Assembly (NCBI GenBank): GCA_026387335.1 | Contig: JAPLLX010000001.1 | Coordinates: 106,620 to 170,619, forward strand | Source of the DNA: Candidatus Omnitrophota bacterium | GTDB lineage: Bacteria > Omnitrophota > Gorgyraeia > Gygaellales > Profunditerraquicolaceae | Direction of reading: 5' to 3' | Length of the DNA: 64,000 bases | Translations under genes and position numbers: made by a program | Part shown: positions 57,083-64,000 of the stretch, piece after piece | How the letters are laid out: every line of letters begins with the position of its first letter | How positions within the stretch are numbered: the first letter of the stretch is position 1 | The notes under the pieces: generated by a model | Databases searched by the model: none | What the model saw: only the letters and a program-made list of their open reading frames with translations | What the model was told of the DNA's origin: nothing

Positions 57083-58630
57083 ATGATACCTTATAGCGAA
57101 AAGAAAATTAAAGAAAATATAAAAACGGAAACGAATAAATTTATTGATTATACAGGCCTATTTTTTATAGGTATTCTATCAGTTGGTTATTTATTATATT
57201 ATAGAAGTTTCGCTAAATTACATATTGATTTAATTTTTATAAAGGCTCCGTTTTTTGTTAGTGATATAACATTTGCGGTTTGTGGCCTTTTATTTTTCCT
57301 AAAATGGTTAATGAACCGTAAAAATTTTAATATTTTTACTTATTTATTTTTATTTTATTGCGGATTTGTAGTAATAAAAACAATTGTTGGTTATATTAAT
57401 TGGGGGCCGCTATCATTAAGGCATGCTGTTTTGTTCTGCTACCCTATATTTGCGATTTTTAGTTACAGTTTTTATCGAAATGATTTTTTTGAGCCTAAAA
57501 TGACAATATTCCTTATTGTGGTATTTATTTTTATTCTCAAGTTTTGTATATTTCATCTCTATTTTAGTCTGACATTGTTTATAATAACGTTAATTTTAAT
57601 TAATGCTTATCCGGTAAAGTTAATAAAATATACCCTGTATTTTTTGCTGTTATTGGTTTTTCCATATAAATTACTTTTTAATACTTCAAGAACTTTTATG
57701 ACAGCTAATTTGCTTGCTATGATGTATATAAGTTTTAGTTCCTTATTTATTTCTAAAATTAAGAGTAAGTATAAGTTTATTTTTTTACTTCTTTTTTTAC
57801 TTTTTGTTTTTTTGGGTCTGACAAAAGGAAGTAGGCCGAATGAAGTGGAGTCTTTAGTAAGATTTAAAGGGCTTATGAAAAGATATAATGAAACGAAGGA
57901 GCTCATACGCGTTAAGGAACTCGCATTTGTACCGCTAAAATTAGGTATAAAATTATATAATGAAGAAAGCGAGGGAGCTGAAAAAAAAATTAAATATAAC
58001 TCAGTGCCTGGATTAAGTACTAGATATGATGACAAATTAGTGGCGCCTCCAGTACTCGTCAAGAATATGAATTATCAGCCTAAATCTTTTAGCCAGACTA
58101 ATCTAAATAAAGAAAAGAAGGAAGAAATTAGTATTGCTCTGGATGAAAAGTCAAAAGAAGCCGACATTACTATTCCTCCTAGGGAAATTGAAGTTGCCTA
58201 CTCTACTAGTATATTCAGAATTTTAATTTGGAAGGATGTTTTTAAAGAACTAAAGACAGTGCGTCCCTTATTTGGTTTTAATTTTGGTAAGCCCTTTCGT
58301 TCTCAATCGCTTGAAATTACGGGTAATGCCATAGGCGAATGGAGTAGGGATGGATGGATTTGCCTGCATAATTCTTATGTTGACATAGTTTACCGTGCCG
58401 GCATTGTGGGTATATTAATGGTAGCCTTTATTCTAATTATGCTTTTTTCTCTCATAAAGATCTCTTTCCGGAATCGATCCCTAGCTGGGATTCTATTAAC
58501 CGGAATCTTAATAAATTGGTTTATAGCGGCTAACTTTCTGGAGATTTTAGAAATGCCGTATAGCGCAATTCCTCTGTGGAGTTTATTTGGATTAACCTCT
58601 GCTTATCTATTTAAAAATAAGACTGTATGA
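57083..58630 (+). CDS. O-antigen polymerase/ligase-family membrane protein (Wzy_C-like)
   Basis: Ten or more hydrophobic helices, a large loop, and 'CLHNSYVDIVYRAGIVG', which resembles the Wzy_C H-N-x-x-L...G motif. Confidence 0.55.
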   Translation: MIPYSEKKIKENIKTETNKFIDYTGLFFIGILSVGYLLYYRSFAKLHIDLIFIKAPFFVSDITFAVCGLLFFLKWLMNRKNFNIFTYLFLFYCGFVVIKTIVGYINWGPLSLRHAVLFCYPIFAIFSYSFYRNDFFEPKMTIFLIVVFIFILKFCIFHLYFSLTLFIITLILINAYPVKLIKYTLYFLLLLVFPYKLLFNTSRTFMTANLLAMMYISFSSLFISKIKSKYKFIFLLLFLLFVFLGLTKGSRPNEVESLVRFKGLMKRYNETKELIRVKELAFVPLKLGIKLYNEESEGAEKKIKYNSVPGLSTRYDDKLVAPPVLVKNMNYQPKSFSQTNLNKEKKEEISIALDEKSKEADITIPPREIEVAYSTSIFRILIWKDVFKELKTVRPLFGFNFGKPFRSQSLEITGNAIGEWSRDGWICLHNSYVDIVYRAGIVGILMVAFILIMLFSLIKISFRNRSLAGILLTGILINWFIAANFLEILEMPYSAIPLWSLFGLTSAYLFKNKTV

Positions 58631-59802
58631 AAATTTTAATCATTCACAATCACTATTTAGAAAAAGGCGGGGAAGATGGAGTAGTTAGCGCAGAGGCAAA
58701 ATTATTAGAAGGAAAAGGACACAAAGTAGTCCTTTATGAGAAATCAAATGAATATATCAAAAGATTGCCGCTTTTTAAGAAACTTATTTTTATATTACTA
58801 GAACTAAATTTCTCCAAGACTGTTTATAGAGAAGTAAAAGAAATTGTAAAAAGGGAAAAGCCCGATATCGCACATATACATAATGTATTTTTTCGTATTA
58901 CACCTTCGGTGTATTTTGCTTTAAAAGAAGAGAACGTACCGATCGTACAGTCCCTTCATAATTACAGGTTTTTTTGTCTTAGGGGTACGTTTTTTAATAA
59001 TGGAGCGGTTTGCGAAAAATGTAAAAATAAGCAATTTTTTAATGCTGTAATAAGAAAATGTTGGAGAAATTCTTTTTTTCCTCCACTCTTCCTGGCAAAT
59101 CTTCTCTACAAAGGTAAGTCTTTTTTGAAAAATATAGATTCATATATCGTAACAAGTAAGTTTAGCAGAGATAAGTTTATTGAATTAGGATTAGAGGAAG
59201 AAAGGATGTTTTTAAAGGTAAATTTTTTAACAAGCGAACCGGAAGGGAATATTCAGGATTGTAACTACGCTTTATTTCTTGGCAGGCTTGTTGATTATAA
59301 GGGCATAGAAACATTAATGAAAGCTTTTGAAATAGGTCCTTCTTTTAATTTAAAGATTATTGGCGATGGCCCGTTAAAAAGAGAGGTGCAAAGTTTTGCT
59401 TCTTCACGCAATAATGTTGAATGGTTAGGAAGGATCAAAAAGGATTCGGTTCTTGAGGTAATAAAAAACTCATCTTTCGTAATTTTCCCTTCAGAATGTT
59501 ACGAAAATATGCCTTTGGTACTAATGGAAAGCTTTTCTTTTTCTAAGCCAGTTTTAGCGAGTAGATTAGGGGCTATTAAAGAATTTGTCATTGATGGAGT
59601 TAATGGTATTTTGTTCGAACCGGGTAATGTAAGAGATTTAGCCGCAAAGATTTCTTATCTATTCTCCCATAATAAAGAGCGGACAGAAATGGGTAAAAAC
59701 GCCAATAAAATTTATCGAGAGCAGTTTAATAAAGAGAAAAACTATAAAGACTTAATGAGTATTTATACGGGAACAATTAATTCAAAAGTAAAGATGAAAT
59801 GA
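58627..59802 (+). CDS. GT4-family (GT-B) glycosyltransferase
   Basis: 'MKILIIHNHYLEKGGED' and 'ECYENMPLVLMESFSFSKPVLASRLGAIKE' (E-x7-E). Confidence 0.8.
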   Translation: MKILIIHNHYLEKGGEDGVVSAEAKLLEGKGHKVVLYEKSNEYIKRLPLFKKLIFILLELNFSKTVYREVKEIVKREKPDIAHIHNVFFRITPSVYFALKEENVPIVQSLHNYRFFCLRGTFFNNGAVCEKCKNKQFFNAVIRKCWRNSFFPPLFLANLLYKGKSFLKNIDSYIVTSKFSRDKFIELGLEEERMFLKVNFLTSEPEGNIQDCNYALFLGRLVDYKGIETLMKAFEIGPSFNLKIIGDGPLKREVQSFASSRNNVEWLGRIKKDSVLEVIKNSSFVIFPSECYENMPLVLMESFSFSKPVLASRLGAIKEFVIDGVNGILFEPGNVRDLAAKISYLFSHNKERTEMGKNANKIYREQFNKEKNYKDLMSIYTGTINSKVKMK

Positions 59803-60647
59803 GAGTATTGATTACTGGTGCCTTAGGGTTTACCGCCCGTCATCTTATTGAACTTATCGCTTCAGAGTCAGAGTGCGAGCTTTACTTGACCGATTGTATT
59901 TCTGGCGGCTCTGGAAATATTTTGAATTGCGATTTGACTCAAAGAGGACCGGTAGAAGACTTGATCTGTAAGATTCGTCCTGAGCGTATTTATCATCTCG
60001 CCGGTAGCTTCACCAATAACTATGACATTGATTATTTGGTGAATGTCTTGAGCACAAAAAATATTTTGGATGCTTTACTAAAGTATGGGGTTTCAAACAG
60101 GACGTTGTTAATCGGAAGTTCTGCGGAGTACGGCTTTATCAATGCCGGAGACAATCCGGTTAGCGAGAGTCATCCGCTTCAGCCTTCCAAGATTCATGGG
60201 CTTACCAAGGTCTACCAGACGTATTTGATGAATTTTTACTGTAGAGCTTACTCAATGGACATTGTGATGGCGCGGACATTTAATTTATCCGGAGATGATA
60301 AACGGATTTCAAAACTATTATTTGTCGGAAAGGTCTGTGAGCAGATAGAGAAAATAAAAAAGGGGGAGCTTTCTAAGATTGTAGTGGGAAATTTGGAGGC
60401 AAAAAGGGATTATATCGATGTGCGGGAGGCCGTTAAATATTATCAAAAAATTATGGAACGGGGAAGATCAGGCGAGGTATATAACGTCGGCAGCGGTAGT
60501 TGTGTCAAAATGAGAGATCTCTTGACTTTACTCTTAAAAGAAGCTGGATTGGATATGAAGGTGGTGGAGGAGGAGGTTCCTCTTGTCCCAGATAAAACTG
60601 ATATTCCAGAGATATACGCGGATTTACGAAAAATAAAAACATTATAG
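59799..60647 (+). CDS. NAD-dependent epimerase/dehydratase
   Basis: 'VLITGALGFTARHL' and 'HGLTKVYQTY' (YxxxK-like). Confidence 0.6.
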   Translation: MRVLITGALGFTARHLIELIASESECELYLTDCISGGSGNILNCDLTQRGPVEDLICKIRPERIYHLAGSFTNNYDIDYLVNVLSTKNILDALLKYGVSNRTLLIGSSAEYGFINAGDNPVSESHPLQPSKIHGLTKVYQTYLMNFYCRAYSMDIVMARTFNLSGDDKRISKLLFVGKVCEQIEKIKKGELSKIVVGNLEAKRDYIDVREAVKYYQKIMERGRSGEVYNVGSGSCVKMRDLLTLLLKEAGLDMKVVEEEVPLVPDKTDIPEIYADLRKIKTL

Positions 60648-60657
60648 TTTAAAAACC

Positions 60658-62055
60658 ATGAGAAAGTTTAAAAATCCAATCATCTTAGCCTTCCTGATCA
60701 GTATTCTTTACTGGATTTATCTTGTTTTAACTAGCCGGATGAGCATTATATTTGATTCGATTGGCTATGAAAACTTAGGAAAAATGCTTGCGCAACAAGG
60801 TTGGGTAGAATTCTTTAAGACTGGCCCGAATCGCGAACCGTTTTATCCGGCGCTGATTGCTTTTTCCATGAAGCTGGGAAAAATCTTTGGGCTCTCTTAT
60901 CAACTTATTCAAGTTTTGATTCAATTATTGATTCTTCTTTTTACTCAAATCCTGACTTTGCGCATCTTACGAATCCTAAAAATTAATGACTGCTTAAGCG
61001 CTTTGACGATTCTTTATCTGGGAATTTCACCAGCTATTGTGAATTCCGCCCTGAGCTTGTTTTCGGAAATTGTGACATATCCGCTCATTTTAGGAGTCAT
61101 GCTCTTAATTTATAGATCCTGGCTTTCTTTTACCGGGCCGAGATTTAGGATTATCCTATTGGCAATAGCGACAAGCTTACTCTTTGTACTCATGACTTTA
61201 AGCAAGGGGATTTTTGAATTGGTGACACCGGTTTTCTTTTTTCTGTTTCTAATTTCAGCGCTTTTTACGCGTAATCGAAAGTTTATTGTTAATACTCTTG
61301 TATATTTGATATTTTTTCTTGTAATTTTTTATTCATTGATTAACAGTTATAAATCGGCAAATAGGATTTTCAACGGTTCTTTTACTATTACTAATCGCGG
61401 CGTCTTGGCATTATATGGTCCCACGGCTCGACGGATGGAGCCATTGACTAGAGAACGGTTTTTGACTGCTTTGGCCTATGTGCCTGGGGAAGGCGTGTGT
61501 CGTTCTTTATTCGGTGAAGAGAAATGCCATTTTTGGCACTTTTGGAAAGCCGAAGAATTCGCCTTACAGAAAGCTAATGAACTAAGTAAAACCAATATGC
61601 CGCCCGATATACTAAACAATAAACTTATTTCACTCTCCAAACAAAAAGTCCGCCAAAACCCGGTGCAATATGGTTTGCTTATTGCAGTAGAAGGTTTAAA
61701 AATGTTTTTCTGGGAATCAACTCAAGTTGGTTGTGTCGGGTATTCTGTCGGACTAACAAAACTTTTTACCTGGATGCCATTTAAAAATGGGTTGCGGCTG
61801 GGGATGTCGCTTGTAACGTTTCTAGCTTTTGTTTATTTGGGGGCGTTGTTTTGGCGGGAAAGAAAGGATGTTTTAAAAACAGAAAGCTCGCTTTTATTTC
61901 TCTATTTATGCGTATTATTTATATTTTCTTTTATAAGCTCCTACTCGATATTTAGCATTCTTGTCCGTTATCTCTTCCCGATCGTGCCACTATATCTAAT
62001 TATCATAGCCTATGTACTTCAAAAAGTATGCTTTCGTGTTTATGACTCGTTTTAG
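60658..62055 (+). CDS. GT-C fold membrane glycosyltransferase (ArnT/PMT-like)
   Basis: About 12 TM helices. The first-loop 'FDSIGYENLG' is a DE-type motif and 'GPNREPFYPALIAF' follows. Confidence 0.45.
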   Translation: MRKFKNPIILAFLISILYWIYLVLTSRMSIIFDSIGYENLGKMLAQQGWVEFFKTGPNREPFYPALIAFSMKLGKIFGLSYQLIQVLIQLLILLFTQILTLRILRILKINDCLSALTILYLGISPAIVNSALSLFSEIVTYPLILGVMLLIYRSWLSFTGPRFRIILLAIATSLLFVLMTLSKGIFELVTPVFFFLFLISALFTRNRKFIVNTLVYLIFFLVIFYSLINSYKSANRIFNGSFTITNRGVLALYGPTARRMEPLTRERFLTALAYVPGEGVCRSLFGEEKCHFWHFWKAEEFALQKANELSKTNMPPDILNNKLISLSKQKVRQNPVQYGLLIAVEGLKMFFWESTQVGCVGYSVGLTKLFTWMPFKNGLRLGMSLVTFLAFVYLGALFWRERKDVLKTESSLLFLYLCVLFIFSFISSYSIFSILVRYLFPIVPLYLIIIAYVLQKVCFRVYDSF

Positions 62056-62126
62056 AGTCTCACTTTTTCATAGTTATTGTAAGGGTTTTATGTAATTATC
62101 AAAAGGAAGGGTTGGTTTAAAAAAAT

Positions 62127-63905
62127 ATGTGTGGCATAGCTGGTAAAATAAACTGGAATGCAACTCCTTCGGCCGATTCAGTAATAAAAATGTGCAATAA
62201 GATGCGGTATCGCGGACCCGATGATTATGGCATCGTAAGTTTGAATAATGTTGTCCTTGGTCATCGAAGGTTATCCATAATCGATCTGTCCGAGAACGCC
62301 AAACAACCCATGGTTTCTTCTGACAAACGCTATTTTATCGTGTATAACGGTGAGGTATATAATTTTAAGGAACTAAAAAAGGAGCTCGAGAAATTCGGTG
62401 TTATTTTTAAGACATCATCAGATACAGAGGTGGTCCTGTATTCGTATATACAGTGGGGGGCACGATGTCTTGATAGATTTAACGGAATGTTTGCGCTCGC
62501 GATTTGGGATAATAATCTTAAGGAGTTATTTTTAGCAAGAGACAGATTTGGAAAGAAGCCGCTTTATTACTACAAAGATGCCGGGAAGATGGCATTTGCT
62601 TCAGAGTTAAGCGCTCTTATCTGTGACAGTGAAATCCCCCAAGAAATTTCGTATGAAGCACTTAATTCTTATCTTGCTTTGGGGTATATCTTGGCTCCTC
62701 TGACATTGTATAAAAATATATTTAAACTGGAAAGCGCAACATTTATGGTTGTGTCTGATTTCGGCAAGACTGTCAAAAAGACCAGATATTGGGATTATGC
62801 GGAGAAATTCAGAAAAAAGGTGAATTCAAATCAAGCAGAAATTTCGGAGAATGTTTTAAGCCTGCTTGATGAAGCGGTTAAGAAACGAATGGTAAGCGAT
62901 GTGCCGATAGGCGCTTTTTTAAGCGGCGGCATAGATTCAAGTTCAGTAGTAAGTTTAATGAAAAAATATCACCGCGGTGATTTGCACACCTTTAGTATAG
63001 GATTTGATCAGGAAAGTTACAGCGAAATCAAAGATGCTGACAGAGCCGCACAGTGGATAGATACAATACATCATAATAAAATCTGTAATAGTAGAGACAG
63101 CCAGGAGTTGATTAAGGAAGCACTTGAATCTTACGATGAGCCATTTGCCGATAATTCCTGTATTCCGACTTTTGCCTTGGCAAAGCTGACTTCTTTATAT
63201 GTGAAAGTCGCTTTATCAGGAGATGGAGCTGATGAGATTTTTGCCGGATATATAACATATAAGGCGGATAGGTGTTATTACTATGCGAAAATTCTGCCTT
63301 TCTTTATACGTAAGCTATTAGTAAAATTCGGGGAGAACAGGCATTCGCGCAAACAAACAAAGTTAAGTTTCACGTATAAACAAAAGCAGTTCTTTTACGG
63401 TTCTTTACATTCTCCTGAAGAAGCCCATTATCTTTGGCGTATCATTTTTCATCCTGAGGAGAGGGTTGCTATATTGGGTGAAGACAAAAGGGAGCTTATC
63501 TATGATACCGACCCATTTCTTATCTTCAAAAAATACTATGAAAGAGCCGCTGGGCTTCATTGGCTTGATAAGAATCTCTATGTTGATGCGATGACCTGGC
63601 TTACTGATGATATCCTCGTGAAAGTTGACAGGGCGTCGATGAGGAATAGCATAGAAGTGCGCAATCCTTATCTTGATGTAGATCTGGCAAGTTATAGCGC
63701 GTCAATACCTGCTAATCTAAAGATGAGAGGATTAAAAACAAAATATATCCTCAGAGCATCTTTAAAAAATGTTTTGCCCGGTTTTATCCTTAATAAGAAA
63801 AAGAGCGGATTTAACGCGCCCGTAGGCGCATGGCTTGGGTTAGACGATATAGATGAGTTTAAACTTTTTAATAAATATGTATTAGATAAAAAGGTGAAAA
63901 TGTGA
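62127..63905 (+). CDS. Asparagine synthetase B-type glutamine amidotransferase (intact N-terminal Cys; WbpS-like in glycan loci)
   Basis: 'MCGIAGK' (Cys2 nucleophile), 'LSGGIDSSSVVSLM' PP-loop. 592 aa. Confidence 0.85.
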   Translation: MCGIAGKINWNATPSADSVIKMCNKMRYRGPDDYGIVSLNNVVLGHRRLSIIDLSENAKQPMVSSDKRYFIVYNGEVYNFKELKKELEKFGVIFKTSSDTEVVLYSYIQWGARCLDRFNGMFALAIWDNNLKELFLARDRFGKKPLYYYKDAGKMAFASELSALICDSEIPQEISYEALNSYLALGYILAPLTLYKNIFKLESATFMVVSDFGKTVKKTRYWDYAEKFRKKVNSNQAEISENVLSLLDEAVKKRMVSDVPIGAFLSGGIDSSSVVSLMKKYHRGDLHTFSIGFDQESYSEIKDADRAAQWIDTIHHNKICNSRDSQELIKEALESYDEPFADNSCIPTFALAKLTSLYVKVALSGDGADEIFAGYITYKADRCYYYAKILPFFIRKLLVKFGENRHSRKQTKLSFTYKQKQFFYGSLHSPEEAHYLWRIIFHPEERVAILGEDKRELIYDTDPFLIFKKYYERAAGLHWLDKNLYVDAMTWLTDDILVKVDRASMRNSIEVRNPYLDVDLASYSASIPANLKMRGLKTKYILRASLKNVLPGFILNKKKSGFNAPVGAWLGLDDIDEFKLFNKYVLDKKVKM

Positions 63906-64000
63906 TTCAAGTTAAGCAGGATGAGTGGCGTTGGCAATGGGAAATGTTTAAAGACGATGAACTCTTTCTTTTTAAGGATTGGATATTTCCGAACACCATG
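63903..64000 (+). CDS. Start of a further + strand gene (3' end outside the window)
   Basis: GTG at 63903 overlaps the upstream stop (ATGTGA). It opens an ORF 'VIQVKQDEWRWQWEMFKDDELFLFKDWIFPNT...' that runs to the window end. Confidence 0.25.

Noticed and set aside
817-63937. All minus-strand ORFs in the six-frame track (for example 817-1017, 1399-1635, 5420-5713, 6254-6601, 6621-6965, 17705-18076, 35213-35542, 40230-40559, 46397-46729, 52796-53206, 57607-58062)
   Set aside because: Each lies antisense within a + strand gene that has a clear family assignment. They have no RBS context and low-complexity or odd composition. They are most likely spurious antisense frames.
1-64000. CRISPR arrays, tRNA/rRNA genes, insertion sequences, integrases, toxin-antitoxin or defence-system genes
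   Set aside because: No regularly spaced direct repeats, no tRNA-like T-loop motifs, no transposase/integrase-like ORFs and no short paired ORFs were seen. The window is wall-to-wall glycan biosynthesis genes.

Overview
This 64-kb window is low-GC (roughly mid-30s % by eye) and nearly everything is encoded on the + strand as one tightly packed gene train. Many stop/start codons overlap (ATGA, 4-nt overlaps), and Shine-Dalgarno-like GGAG/AAGGAG sites sit upstream of many starts. I read it as a single surface-glycan biosynthesis megalocus of the O-antigen/capsule or protein-glycosylation type. The only non-glycan element is a 5'-truncated papain-like peptidase gene at the left edge.

Recognisable content, from the translated ORFs:
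- Two nonulosonic-acid modules, with paralogous copies of the NeuB-type synthase and the NeuA-type CMP-transferase. One module has a NeuC-type hydrolysing 2-epimerase, a CBS-domain sugar-1-P nucleotidyltransferase, a class-III aminotransferase and an SDR, which resembles Campylobacter ptm/leg legionaminic-acid loci.
- An NDP-heptose module: GmhA plus an HldE-like kinase/nucleotidyltransferase in non-canonical order.
- dTDP-sugar tailoring genes: RmlC-like, RmlD-like, WxcM/FdtA-like cupin and a DegT aminotransferase.
- Two split transketolase pairs.
- Many extended-SDR epimerase/dehydratases and many SAM methyltransferases.
- About eight glycosyltransferases (GT-A, GT4 and a GT-C).
- A Wzx flippase, a Wzy_C-type polymerase/ligase and an MsbA-like ABC exporter.
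- Two AsnB-like amidotransferases.
- Four radical-SAM enzymes: two B12-binding, one SPASM, one other.

The main findings:
- An ACP + FkbH-like glyceryl-ACP loader + VOC + putative acyltransferase + methyltransferase cassette sits inside the glycan locus.
- The heptose module has an unusual domain arrangement with an adjacent radical-SAM gene.
- There is a deoxyhypusine-synthase-like ORF of unknown role.
- A ~100-bp decayed duplicate of the 3' end of the AsnB-like gene lies 5 kb downstream of the original.
- Two GC-elevated patches point to a mosaic origin.
- Two G7 homopolymeric tracts lie inside coding regions.

I found no rRNA, tRNA, CRISPR array or obvious mobile element. Every function is inferred by eye from translated sequence motifs. 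No database search was run.
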